A DNA stretch of 64,000 nucleotides, taken from a virus. The DNA lies in IMG/VR virus record IMGVR_UViG_3300046660_000488, positions 408,640-472,639 of that record. One strand, given 5' to 3'. The notes under the pieces are model-generated. The model was given only the letters and a program-made list of their open reading frames with translations, was not told where the DNA came from and made no database searches. Both the position numbers and the translations under genes were made by a program. Numbering within the stretch: the first letter of the stretch is position 1; each line of letters starts with the position of its first letter. This document shows, one piece after another, positions 8,557 through 17,694 of this stretch.

Positions 8557-9827
8557 ATGACTTCCAACCCGTTCATGTAGGGTTGCAGGACGCGGGGCAC
8601 GCGGATCGAGCCATCCTCGTTCTGGTAATTCTCCATGACGGCGACCAGCGTGCGGCCGACCGCCAACCCCGAACCGTTGAAGGTCCGCAGGTAACGGTTC
8701 TTGCCACCGTCGCTGGGCTTGTAGCGGGCGTTCATCCGCCGGGATTGGAATTGCCCGAAGTCCGACACGCTCGAAATTTCGCGGTAGGTCTCTTGGCTCG
8801 GAATCCAAACCTCGATGTCGATGGTCTTGGCGGCCGAGAAGCCGGTGTCGCCGCCGCACAGCAGTACCGTGCGGAACGAAAGCTCCAGAGCGCCCAAGAT
8901 GCCTTGGGCGTTGATCAGGATGAAGTTGTGCTCGTTCGCCGTTGCGCTGTCAGTTATCGAGACCAACTCGACCTTGTAGAATTGGTGCTGGCGAATCAGG
9001 CCGCGCGTGTCACGTCCGGCCGAACCCGCCTCGGCGCGGAAGCATGGCGTCAGAGCCACGTAGCGCAGGGGAAGCTGATCCTCGGGGATGATCTTGTCGC
9101 GGACAAGGTTGGTGATCGAAACCTCGGCGGTCGGGATCAGCCAGTGATCCGACTCCGGAATGTGGAACAGGTCGTCCTTGAATTTTGGAAGCTGGCCGGT
9201 CCCGATCAGAGCGTTGGCGTGGACCATCAGCGGAGGATTGACCTCCATGAAGCCGTTCATGGCGTGGCGGTCGAGCATGAATTGGCCAAGCGCCCGTTCG
9301 AGACGCGCCAGCGGACCCTTGGTCACGCAGAACCGGGCGCCGCTCATTTCAGCCGCCGCCTCGAAATCCATCATGCCGAGATTTTCACCCAGCGTGACGT
9401 GGTCCTTGGGTGTGAACGAGAAATTCGGGCGAAGTAATGGGAAGTCAGAGATCACCTTGTTGTGGCTCTCGTCCACGCCGATGGGCACACCAACGTCCAG
9501 CATGTTCGGGATACGCAGCAAGGTTTCTTGAACTTGCTCGTGCAGCTTGCGCTCGTTGGCCGTGGAATCCGAGAGGAAGCCCTTCAGCGCGGTCATCGAC
9601 TCAATCGCCCGCTGGCGCTCGATGCCTTGAAGCGTTGGGATGCGGGCAGATTCCTCGTTGCGCTGCTGAAGCAGGCTTTCGGAATTTTGAATGGCCTTGC
9701 GGTGCTGCTGGTCCAGATCGACCAGCGTGTTGATCAGTACCGAAGCTTCGGCGTGGGTCATCCCCTTCCGGCCAAGCTCGCTGATGACAGCATGCGGGTT
9801 GTCGCGGACGAATTTCAGATCAAGCAT
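8550..9827 (-). CDS. serS: seryl-tRNA synthetase
   Basis: A 425-aa ORF. It has an N-terminal coiled-coil arm and class-II aaRS core motifs (FRAEAGSAGRDTRGLIRQHQF, GSGLAVGRTLVAVMEN). The overall collinearity with SerRS is clear. Confidence 0.85.
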   Translation of the reverse strand: MLDLKFVRDNPHAVISELGRKGMTHAEASVLINTLVDLDQQHRKAIQNSESLLQQRNEESARIPTLQGIERQRAIESMTALKGFLSDSTANERKLHEQVQETLLRIPNMLDVGVPIGVDESHNKVISDFPLLRPNFSFTPKDHVTLGENLGMMDFEAAAEMSGARFCVTKGPLARLERALGQFMLDRHAMNGFMEVNPPLMVHANALIGTGQLPKFKDDLFHIPESDHWLIPTAEVSITNLVRDKIIPEDQLPLRYVALTPCFRAEAGSAGRDTRGLIRQHQFYKVELVSITDSATANEHNFILINAQGILGALELSFRTVLLCGGDTGFSAAKTIDIEVWIPSQETYREISSVSDFGQFQSRRMNARYKPSDGGKNRYLRTFNGSGLAVGRTLVAVMENYQNEDGSIRVPRVLQPYMNGLEVIR

Positions 9828-9830
9828 ATG

Positions 9831-9882
9831 GCCGGGCCTTTTTACGAGGCCCGACCATAGGGATGTGACTAATTTTCGTCAA
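9831..9882 (-). promoter_or_regulatory. serS leader: sigma70-like promoter (TTGACG-N16-TATGGT) plus a 9-bp stem hairpin abutting the start codon
   Basis: On the minus strand: TTGACG (9882..9877) and TATGGT (9860..9855). Next comes GGTCGGGCC-TCGTAAAAA-GGCCCGGCC directly before the ATG. No free SD is visible. Confidence 0.35.
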
Positions 9883-9892
9883 CCAGAATTGC

Positions 9893-10000
9893 TGGACATT
9901 TGCCGGACATCGCCGGACATGGATCAGCTAGTTAAGTCATTGATTTTTATGAGGGTGGCTCTGGCATCCGAACATTTGCTGGACATTTGCTGGACATCAA
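9893..10000. repeat. two clusters of short direct repeats TTGCYGGACAT (5-6 copies)
   Basis: Cluster one reads gctggacatttgccggacatcgccggacat. Cluster two reads tttgctggacatttgctggacat. The two are separated by an AT-rich stretch. Confidence 0.45.
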
Positions 10001-10209
10001 CCCAGCAAGTGCTCGATGACGCTACCAAAGACCCCGGAGTCGGGATCAGAATTATGTGGTGGATGCGCGTTTCTCGCCTTGACCTCTTCCACTTCATCTG
10101 GAGAGACAAGGACCATCCGGCCGGGGTATTTGAGCCACGTGTGGCCGTCAGCAACCCATAGGGTCTCAGAAACCCAAACCATGCCGTCTTCGTCGGGTTC
10201 CATCATTTC
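9997..10209 (-). CDS. hypothetical small acidic protein
   Basis: The sequence is MEPDEDGMVWVSETLWVADGHTWLKY... Its start overlaps the stop of the 10203..11156 gene. Confidence 0.35.
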   Translation of the reverse strand, partial: EMMEPDEDGMVWVSETLWVADGHTWLKYPGRMVLVSPDEVEEVKARNAHPPHNSDPDSGVFGSVIEHLLG

Positions 10210-11156
10210 AGGCCGACCAGCCAAGCGGCATCGTGCGAAATCCGGGTGTCGAAGATCGAGAATTCCGTGATGGTCTTGGGGACCTCGAAGCCGATGCCAC
10301 GCAGTTGGGTCGCGATGTTCTCACAGCTTCCCTTGAACCTTTCGTACGTGCCGTCGTATTTCCGGTAGGTGACCATCATGACGTAGGTGTCGTCGCTGAT
10401 TTTCTTGAAGGCATTCCGTGAGACGTGGGCGTCGAGATCGTAGGCGGCGGCGCGAAGGCCTTCGATCCGGTCGTCGCTGACCACCACGTTGAAGTGGGCC
10501 TCAAAATAGCACGCCGGGGGCATCGCCTGACGACTGTGGCTATTGGACGGAGCCGCCGGATGCCACGGAACAGTCTCGATTTTCTGGCGGGCCACGTTAT
10601 AGCCGCGTTCGACCAGATCATCCTTGATCCGGCTCACTTCAAGGAACGCCGAGCGGTTGTCGCCCATGTGGACCGACGAGGTCTGGGCGTCGAGCATAAC
10701 GGTCTCGCCATGTTGGTTGTGCAGGTCGATCAGCAGCGGCTTGACGCCGATCTCCGCGCAGTCGGCCTTGTACTGCTCGATGTTCAGGCCACCCTCGCCC
10801 GGCGAGACGGTGACGTGGATTTCGTAGGGGAGCGGGTAGGTGACGTCGCGCTCGCGGGTCTGAAGTTCGTCCCAGTACTGGGCCTTCTTCATCATCATCG
10901 ACCCGATGTCGTCGTGGCTGTAGCCCAACTGGTAGGCGACACTCAGCGCGCAGAGGATGACGTCGGCCGTCTCTTCAAGGATGCGCTCGGAGGTGACGAA
11001 CCGGTGGGTCGTGGTCGGCACGTTGTCGAAGGGCAGGACGGCCTTGGCCAGTTCGCCGACTTCTTCAGCCGTCTTCAGGGCCTTTTCGGTCAGGGTCTTC
11101 TTATCCTTGGCGGACAGCGCGGCGATATAGTCGAAAATCTCGGGTTTCATGACCAC
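10203..11156 (-). CDS. MazG-like nucleotide pyrophosphohydrolase domain protein with an unknown C-terminal domain
   Basis: The N-terminus EEVGELAKAVL...ILEETADVILCALSVAYQLG resembles the all-alpha MazG/NTP-PPase fold. Confidence 0.45.
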   Translation of the reverse strand: MVMKPEIFDYIAALSAKDKKTLTEKALKTAEEVGELAKAVLPFDNVPTTTHRFVTSERILEETADVILCALSVAYQLGYSHDDIGSMMMKKAQYWDELQTRERDVTYPLPYEIHVTVSPGEGGLNIEQYKADCAEIGVKPLLIDLHNQHGETVMLDAQTSSVHMGDNRSAFLEVSRIKDDLVERGYNVARQKIETVPWHPAAPSNSHSRQAMPPACYFEAHFNVVVSDDRIEGLRAAAYDLDAHVSRNAFKKISDDTYVMMVTYRKYDGTYERFKGSCENIATQLRGIGFEVPKTITEFSIFDTRISHDAAWLVGLK

Positions 11157-11428
11157 CTCAATTTGAAAAGTGTGAATTTACTCAAATCGTCTGAACTGAA
11201 TTCAATAGTTGTGTCTTGCATCATGCGAAACTGGTCTGTGTACGTATAGTACACTGCATGATACTTGAAGTTGTTCTCTTCGGACCATTCTTTGAATTCT
11301 TCGGTGAGTTCAAGCTTGACGCCGAGTTCTGTCGTAATGGACAGGCCATTGGCGCGATGAACCGGAGCGGCAACCAGCGTCGCTACGTCCGGGCCAACTT
11401 TCATCCTGAATTTTCCGCGAACGCTCAT
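11147..11428 (-). CDS. hypothetical protein
   Basis: A 93-aa ORF. A TTGGTTTACCAA palindrome lies 16-27 nt upstream. Confidence 0.4.
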   Translation of the reverse strand: MSVRGKFRMKVGPDVATLVAAPVHRANGLSITTELGVKLELTEEFKEWSEENNFKYHAVYYTYTDQFRMMQDTTIEFSSDDLSKFTLFKLRWS

Positions 11429-11482
11429 CGGCCGGGTCCTATTTGGTTTACCAACCTACCCCGACCGGAAATTAGCGCGCAA

Positions 11483-12193
11483 TTAACTTGACTGCGGACC
11501 GGTTGGGTCTGCGTTGGTGTAATCGCTGAACTGGGTCGGATCGTCGGAGACGGGTTGGTCCTCGTCGCTGATGAACAGCCAGCCAAAATCCTCGCCCTGC
11601 GACGCTTGGTAGTCGTCCACGGCATTGGCCACCGCACCATTGGCCACCGCGTCGAGCACGATCAGCGAGATCGGGTCGTAGAGCATGGCTTGCAGGCTGG
11701 TCGCTTCGCTCAGGGTCGCCGACACATTCAAGGCGTTGGCAAAGCTGACGCGCTCCGTGGTCATCAGGTCTTCGACATCGTCGGCCAGCGCCAGCAGGGC
11801 ATTGGCGGTCGAGGGAAGACCATCGGCCGCGACCTGCACGTTGGCGATGATCGCGTTGGCTTCGCCGAGCAGAGAGCCGAAGAAATCGCCCAACGCATTG
11901 GCCGAGTCGTGGACGTTCAATTCGCCGTTGGCCATCAGCACGCCGGTGTAGGCGCCGTAGATGTCCATGTTGGCCGACAGGTTGGTCAACTGGGTGCTGA
12001 GGTGCGAGGACAGTTCGTAGAAGGCGCCGCCGGGCACGGTGGTCTCGGCCACATTGTTGGCGGTCGCGCCGGTCAGGGTTCCGAGCTTGCTGACGATGGT
12101 GCTGACGGCCGTGTTAGCCCGGTCCGGCAGGCTGTTGTCCAGCGCGGTTCCGTTCATCAGGGCGATGTAGAAAGCCTTCTGCGTCTCATCCAT
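11483..12193 (-). CDS. hypothetical protein, possibly a virion or baseplate component
   Basis: A 236-aa ORF, Ala/Asn/Leu-rich and acidic at the C-terminus. Confidence 0.4.
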   Translation of the reverse strand: MDETQKAFYIALMNGTALDNSLPDRANTAVSTIVSKLGTLTGATANNVAETTVPGGAFYELSSHLSTQLTNLSANMDIYGAYTGVLMANGELNVHDSANALGDFFGSLLGEANAIIANVQVAADGLPSTANALLALADDVEDLMTTERVSFANALNVSATLSEATSLQAMLYDPISLIVLDAVANGAVANAVDDYQASQGEDFGWLFISDEDQPVSDDPTQFSDYTNADPTGPQSS

Positions 12194-12195
12194 GG

Positions 12196-13008
12196 TCAGC
12201 GCATCTTCTTCAGGCCGGAGACATAGTTGCCGTTGGTCACGGCGGTGAGGACTTGCTTGCGGTTACCGGTGCGGTTGAAGCTACCGTGCAGCCACGGGCG
12301 GTTGCCCAAGTACTCAAGGATGAATTGATCGTAGCAGACGTTGTCCTTGATCCATTTCGCACGGACCCAGTACTCATCGTCGCTGATGTTCAGGAACTGC
12401 ACGTCGGCGGCCATGCCGCGCTCATGCTGGCTCTTCGACGAACCGGCCCGGAAGCCAGACGTGATGATCATGTTCCGGCGGCCGTATCGGGCGGCCAGAG
12501 GTTCGAGGTAATTCGTGCACATCCCTTTGAGGTTGCACACGATCTGAGCCACGGTCAGGCCATGCTGGGCGACGACGCCTTGACGGCTGATGGCCGTGCC
12601 GACCGTCACGTCTGACAGCTTGAAATTCGGGGATAGCTGCAAGCTGTATGGGACCGTGCCGCGAATGTTCGCGCAGTCGGCTGGTAGCGGACCCGTGTTG
12701 TTCGTCACGAGGTCGTCGGTGGCCAGCGGCGATCCGGCCGATCCCGTCAGCGAGTTCGAGCGGGCGCGCTCCATCGCGGTGGGCGAACGGCCATAGACCG
12801 GGGGATAGACGGCCAGCCCGTCATCCGACTCGGGATCATCATCCTCGGAGCCGAGATCACGTTCGTCATAGATGACGACCTGACCGTTGATCGAATAGCT
12901 GATCGAAGGCGATCCCGTCGCCGGGTCGGTGAACATGCTGCTCGCGCCGGTGACGATCTTGTCGCCCTTCGCGGTCAGACTTCCAACTCTGGCAACGGGA
13001 AAAGCCAT
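12196..13008 (-). CDS. PAAR-like spike-tip domain fused to a peptidase M15 (LAS-family D-Ala-D-Ala / L-Ala-D-Glu peptidase) domain
   Basis: The N-terminus MAFPVARVGSLTAKGDKIVTGASSMFTDPATG...INGQVV has a PAAR-like AARVGD/ING pattern. The C-terminus ITSGFRAGSSKSQHERGMAADVQF matches the M15 SxHxxGxAxD zinc motif. Confidence 0.55.
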   Translation of the reverse strand: MAFPVARVGSLTAKGDKIVTGASSMFTDPATGSPSISYSINGQVVIYDERDLGSEDDDPESDDGLAVYPPVYGRSPTAMERARSNSLTGSAGSPLATDDLVTNNTGPLPADCANIRGTVPYSLQLSPNFKLSDVTVGTAISRQGVVAQHGLTVAQIVCNLKGMCTNYLEPLAARYGRRNMIITSGFRAGSSKSQHERGMAADVQFLNISDDEYWVRAKWIKDNVCYDQFILEYLGNRPWLHGSFNRTGNRKQVLTAVTNGNYVSGLKKMR

Positions 13009-13009
13009 T

Positions 13010-13342
13010 TTAGACGATCAGGCCCGACTTGGGCGGCGTCACGATGGACGACGTCGCTTGGATGTAGGCGTCCTTGATGTCCTGACGCGGCGCGGCCGGG
13101 GCCACGAGCACGTTGGCCTTGTAGAACACGGCCTTGTCGTTGTTGGCGACCGTGGTCATGAACGGGCCAAAGCCCAGCGACGGCTGTCCAGTTTCCGGGT
13201 GAGCTTGCAGACCGCAAAGCACCGGCTTGCCGATGACGAGTTGAGTGTCGGTATCCGAAATCAGTTTTCCGACGATTTCCTCGCCTGTGCTGATGCGGAA
13301 GCAAACAACGTCGCCCTCGCCAGCTTTCTTCTCGATGATCAT
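13010..13342 (-). CDS. hypothetical protein
   Basis: A 110-aa ORF and the first gene downstream of the sigma70-like promoter at 13364..13391. Confidence 0.45.
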   Translation of the reverse strand: MIIEKKAGEGDVVCFRISTGEEIVGKLISDTDTQLVIGKPVLCGLQAHPETGQPSLGFGPFMTTVANNDKAVFYKANVLVAPAAPRQDIKDAYIQATSSIVTPPKSGLIV

Positions 13343-13363
13343 GAGGGGAATTCTCCAAAATAT

Positions 13364-13391
13364 ACGCCATCATAGCACTCGGCGACGGCGT
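13364..13391 (-). promoter_or_regulatory. sigma70-type promoter (TTGAGA-N16-TATGAT)
   Basis: On the minus strand: TTGAGA (13391..13386) and TATGAT (13369..13364). A GGAGA SD lies 9 nt before the ATG at 13342. Confidence 0.45.
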
Positions 13392-13537
13392 TCTCAATTT
13401 CCACATTTCGTAAAGTCTATTTATTTCGGCCGTGGAGCAAGTATCCGGCCGCTATGGGGTAAATACACAACTTAAGCCTTGCCACGCTATCCTTCTGATA
13501 ACGCCTATGTTTACGGGAGGAGATAGACGGCCTCGCG

Positions 13538-13545
13538 CTAAATAC
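13538..13545 (+). promoter_or_regulatory. late-promoter-like box CTAAATAC upstream of the tail sheath gene
   Basis: The box lies about 32 nt upstream of ATG 13577. A GGAGG SD sits between them. Confidence 0.45.
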
Positions 13546-13576
13546 TCAAAAGACGTTTTCTCGGAGGTCTTACTTA

Positions 13577-16513
13577 ATGGCTACTCTCGTTTCGCCGGGC
13601 GTCGATGTTCAAATCATCGACGAATCCTTCTACAGCAGCGCTGGTCCCGGTACGGTCCCGCTGATCATCATCGCGACTGCTGCAAACAAGACTGCGGCTT
13701 CGGGCGGTACGGCTCCGTACACGATCCCGTCGATGGCAGGCTCGCTCTATCTGGCCACTTCGCAGCGCGAACTGGTTCAAAACTACGGCGTCCCGACTTT
13801 CCAGACCGTGCAAGGCACGCCTGTTCAAGGTTCGGAACTCAACGAATACGGCTTGGATGCTGCGTACAAGTTCCTCGGCATCAGCAACCGCGCTTATGTG
13901 CTGCGCGCTGACATCGACCTTGCTGCTCTGCAACCGTCCACGACGGCGCCGGTCGGCAACCCTCTGCCGGGCACTTACTGGTTCGACCTGAGCGAGACTT
14001 CGTTCGGTGTGTTCCAGTCGTCGGGCAACGCCAATCCGGGTCTGGCTTGGTCCACCCAACCTGTCCTGATCGCTGCTGAAGGCAACGTTGTCCCCGATGG
14101 CGACACCGATGTCCCGAACCCGGCGTTCGGCAACGACGGCGACTTCGCCGTGGTCGTCACCATGTCGGACAACCTGATCTACGAAAAGATCGACGGTGCT
14201 TGGTATCAAACCGGTTCCGACGAGTGGGCCGCTAAGCGCCCGACGACGATCACCGGCCGCACGACGCCGAACAACATCATGACGACGGACACCATCGTCA
14301 TCACGAGCGACGGCCAGCAATACACGGTCGCCTTCGACACGACCCTCGACCTCGGCGGCAATGCCGTCGTCGGCACGGGCGCGCTGGACGAAGTCGTCGC
14401 CAACATCAACGCCGCCGCTATCCCGAACGTCGTCGCGACCAACACGAACGACGCTCTGGTCATCAAGGACACGACCGGCGCCGACATCACCATCGGCAAC
14501 GGCGCTGGCACTCCGCTGACCACGCTGGGCATCGTTCCGAACCTGTACCGTGGCGTGAAGGTCTACTTCACCAACAACGCCCAGTACCCGGCTAACTCGG
14601 CGACGGGTTCGGTCTGGATCAAGGGTTCGATCCCGAACAAGGGCGCTCTGTGGAAGATTAAGCTGTGGAGCAACACCGGTGGCTGGACCACGGTTGCTGC
14701 ACCGTTCTACGCCTTCAACTCGTCCCTGAACGACGGCGTCGCCTCGAAGGACCAAGCCGCCACGGCCGCCTTCGGCACTCCGCTGATCGGCACGGTCTAT
14801 GTTGGCTTCGACGCCGACACCGGCGTGCAGCAACTGCGTCGCTGGAGCGGCCTGCGCTGGGAAAACCTGAGCTACGAAGCTGGTACGGTTCCGCCGACCA
14901 CCGCTCCGGCCTCGGGCACGTACTGGTACAACGCTGATTTCCGCGCCGACATCATGTACGGCGACGGCACGCAGTGGGTTGGCTACAAGCGCAAGTACAC
15001 CGAAACGGACCCGGAAGGCGTTCTGTTCGCGGGCACGGCGCCGCTGTATCAGTCGGACGGCACTGAACTGGTCGATAACGACCTGTGGGTCGATACGAGC
15101 GACCTCGAAAACTATCCGATGCTGTATCGCTATGACGCGACCGCAGTCCGTTGGAACCTGATCGACAAGACCGACCAGACGACGCCGTTCGGTATCGCCT
15201 TCGCCGACGCTCGTCAGAACTCGGGAACCAATTACACCGGCAACCCGAACCCCGGCACGTACGCCTACAACTCGGAAGAAGCCGCCGACATGCTGGCGTC
15301 CAATTTCGTCGATCCTGACGCTCCGGATGCCCGCACGTATCCGGACGGCATCCTGATGTTCAACACCCGCTACGCGACGTACAACGTCAAGGAATGGATG
15401 CCGAACTACTTCAAGCGTGGTGGTTTCGACGAGAACACCGACTACACGATCACCGACTACCACAACAGCGGTAGCGCTGGCCTGTTCCCGGCTCTGGCTT
15501 CGGCTGGCCGTTGGGTCACGGCTTCGGGCAACAAGGCTGACGGCACGCCGTACATGGGCCGCAAGGCTCAGCGTCTGATGATCGTTCGCGCCATGGCCGA
15601 AATGATCGCTCAGAACGAAGATATCCGTTCGGAATTGGTCTACTTCAACCTCATCGCGGCTCCGGGTTATCCGGAACTGATGGATGAAATGGTCGCGCTG
15701 AACACCGACCAGAAGGAAGTGGCGTTCGTCGTTGGCGACACCCCGATCCGTCTGGCTCCGGGTGGCACGACTGTCTCGGCTTGGGCTGGCAACACGAAGA
15801 ACGCACCGTCCACGGGCGAAGACGGTCTGACCGTCGCCAACCCGTACGTCGGCGTCTACTACCCGTGGGGTCTGGGAACCGACCTGAGCGGCAACGAAGT
15901 GATGATCCCGCCGTCCACGATGGCGCTGAACACCATCGCGTACAACGACCAAGTTGCATACCAGTGGTATGCTCCGGCTGGTTACCGTCGCGGTCTGGTC
16001 ACGAATGCTTCGTCGGTGGGTTACCTCACCAGCGAAGGCGAATTCAAGCCGGTCATCCTCAACCAAGGACAGCGCGACGTCCTGTACAGCAACAAGATCA
16101 ACCCGATTGCCTACATTCCGGGTCGTGGTCTGGTTGTTTACGGTCAGAAGACGCTGCACAGCACGACTACCGCGCTGGACCGCATCAACGTTGCCCGTCT
16201 GTCGAACTACCTCAAGTACAACCTCGACAACATCGTCAAGCCGTTCCTCTTCGAACAGAACGACGAACAGACCCGCTCTTCCGCACAGGCGACTGTCGAG
16301 AGCTTCCTGAACGGTCTGGTCGGTCTGCGCGCACTGGAAGACTACGTGGTTCTCTGCGACGAATCGAACAACACGCCGACTCGCCGCGACCGCAATGAAC
16401 TCTGGATCGACATCGCTATCAAGCCGCTGAAGGCCGTCGAGTTCATCTACATCCCCGTGCGAATTGTAAATTCGTCGGCGGACCTCACCGACGTTTCGAC
16501 GACTTTCGTCTAA
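13577..16513 (+). CDS. tail sheath protein (gp18-like)
   Basis: A 978-aa ORF. The N-terminus MATLVSPGVDVQIIDES matches the conserved sheath start (T4 gp18 MTLLSPGIELKE). A strong terminator follows the gene. Confidence 0.75.
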   Translation: MATLVSPGVDVQIIDESFYSSAGPGTVPLIIIATAANKTAASGGTAPYTIPSMAGSLYLATSQRELVQNYGVPTFQTVQGTPVQGSELNEYGLDAAYKFLGISNRAYVLRADIDLAALQPSTTAPVGNPLPGTYWFDLSETSFGVFQSSGNANPGLAWSTQPVLIAAEGNVVPDGDTDVPNPAFGNDGDFAVVVTMSDNLIYEKIDGAWYQTGSDEWAAKRPTTITGRTTPNNIMTTDTIVITSDGQQYTVAFDTTLDLGGNAVVGTGALDEVVANINAAAIPNVVATNTNDALVIKDTTGADITIGNGAGTPLTTLGIVPNLYRGVKVYFTNNAQYPANSATGSVWIKGSIPNKGALWKIKLWSNTGGWTTVAAPFYAFNSSLNDGVASKDQAATAAFGTPLIGTVYVGFDADTGVQQLRRWSGLRWENLSYEAGTVPPTTAPASGTYWYNADFRADIMYGDGTQWVGYKRKYTETDPEGVLFAGTAPLYQSDGTELVDNDLWVDTSDLENYPMLYRYDATAVRWNLIDKTDQTTPFGIAFADARQNSGTNYTGNPNPGTYAYNSEEAADMLASNFVDPDAPDARTYPDGILMFNTRYATYNVKEWMPNYFKRGGFDENTDYTITDYHNSGSAGLFPALASAGRWVTASGNKADGTPYMGRKAQRLMIVRAMAEMIAQNEDIRSELVYFNLIAAPGYPELMDEMVALNTDQKEVAFVVGDTPIRLAPGGTTVSAWAGNTKNAPSTGEDGLTVANPYVGVYYPWGLGTDLSGNEVMIPPSTMALNTIAYNDQVAYQWYAPAGYRRGLVTNASSVGYLTSEGEFKPVILNQGQRDVLYSNKINPIAYIPGRGLVVYGQKTLHSTTTALDRINVARLSNYLKYNLDNIVKPFLFEQNDEQTRSSAQATVESFLNGLVGLRALEDYVVLCDESNNTPTRRDRNELWIDIAIKPLKAVEFIYIPVRIVNSSADLTDVSTTFV

Positions 16514-16544
16514 GCTTCGGCTCCTTAGTACCTCCGAGAAGGAA

Positions 16545-16577
16545 GGGCGGCTCCACATTGGGGCCGCCCTTTTTCTT
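16545..16577 (+). terminator. rho-independent terminator (probably bidirectional)
   Basis: GGGCGGC-tccacattggg-GCCGCCC followed by TTTTTCTTT. It lies between convergent genes. Confidence 0.55.
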
Positions 16578-16993
16578 TAGCGCCGCTCAAGAAGGTGGCG
16601 GTGAACTGCGATCACCCGGCGGGAGACCATCACCAAGGCTTCAGCCTCGGGGTCTTCTTCATCGGCGAAGTCGTCGAGGAACGCCAACAGGTTGGAGTCA
16701 GCCGTTGCCGCCACGATGTCCAGAGCGACATCCGGGCCGATCTTGAACCGGTAATCCTGAAGAATCTGGATGACGATGGGAAGAAAGGCGCCCGCCTCTT
16801 CGGCCAGATCACGCGCGAATACCAACCCGAAATAGTTGGTGAAGAACGACTTGCTGTCGTCGGGGATTTCCGTGAGCAGGTCAACAAGCACTTCGGCGCG
16901 ACGTTTGGCCTCTTCAGAGTCCATGATCTCCGTGATTTTGCGGTTTTGCTCGATGATTTCTTCGATACGAGAAGACTTGTTGTCGTCAGTCAT
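16577..16993 (-). CDS. hypothetical acidic protein
   Basis: The start was chosen at MTDDNKSSRIEEIIEQ. A GGAG SD lies 10 nt upstream. This ORF was preferred over the plus-strand ORF 16595..16999. Confidence 0.45.
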   Translation of the reverse strand: MTDDNKSSRIEEIIEQNRKITEIMDSEEAKRRAEVLVDLLTEIPDDSKSFFTNYFGLVFARDLAEEAGAFLPIVIQILQDYRFKIGPDVALDIVAATADSNLLAFLDDFADEEDPEAEALVMVSRRVIAVHRHLLERR

Positions 16994-17033
16994 GGGTAAA
17001 TGTCTCCAGTAAACACTGACTATAACTCGCCTC

Positions 17034-17042
17034 CATAAATAC
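17034..17042 (+). promoter_or_regulatory. late-promoter-like box CATAAATAC upstream of the tail tube gene
   Basis: The box lies about 50 nt upstream of GTG 17093. Confidence 0.4.
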
Positions 17043-17092
17043 AAGCAAGAAACGAAGCGCATCCAGCGCCAGTATTTTTCGAGGTATACTAC

Positions 17093-17680
17093 GTGAGCAC
17101 ACTACAAAATATGGGTGTTCCGCTTGGCGGTGGCACTGGTCGTGGCGGTCTTCTGATGCCGAAGACCCGTCAGAAGTTCCGCGTGCGGGTCACCAATTTC
17201 GGTCCGGTCAACGGTGGTCTTGAACTGACGCAGCAAGTCGTCAGCGTCGGTCGCCCGTCCGTCTCGATGTCCGGCCAAGCCGTCCACTCGTACAACTCTA
17301 TCGGCTACTACGCCGGTAAGGCCGAGTGGTCCACGCTTGATCTGACGGTTCGCGACGACATCACCAACGCGGTCTCCAAGCTGGTGGGTCACCAGCTTCA
17401 GAAGCAAATGAACTTCTATCAGCAGACTTCTGCTGAAGCAGGTTCCAACTACAAATTCCAGATGTTCCTTGAAACGCTGGATGGCGGCAACGACACCGTC
17501 ACCGAGCAGTGGATCATCGAAGGCTGCTTCCTCGAATCGATCAACTACGGCGACTTCGCCTACGATTCGTCGGACGCCCTGACGATCCAGATGACGGTTC
17601 GCTACGACAACGCCACGCAGCAGGGTGGCCTGATGCCGGTCAACCCGCAACTCGGCGTTGGCAAGATGGTTGGTTCCTAA
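17093..17680 (+). CDS. tail tube protein (gp19-like)
   Basis: A 195-aa ORF with a GTG start and GAGG SD. Its size, position after the sheath, and C-terminal pattern WIIEGCFLESINYGDFAYDSSDALTIQMTVRYDNA are tube-like. Confidence 0.6.
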   Translation: MSTLQNMGVPLGGGTGRGGLLMPKTRQKFRVRVTNFGPVNGGLELTQQVVSVGRPSVSMSGQAVHSYNSIGYYAGKAEWSTLDLTVRDDITNAVSKLVGHQLQKQMNFYQQTSAEAGSNYKFQMFLETLDGGNDTVTEQWIIEGCFLESINYGDFAYDSSDALTIQMTVRYDNATQQGGLMPVNPQLGVGKMVGS

Positions 17681-17694
17681 GACAGTAGGACGCA

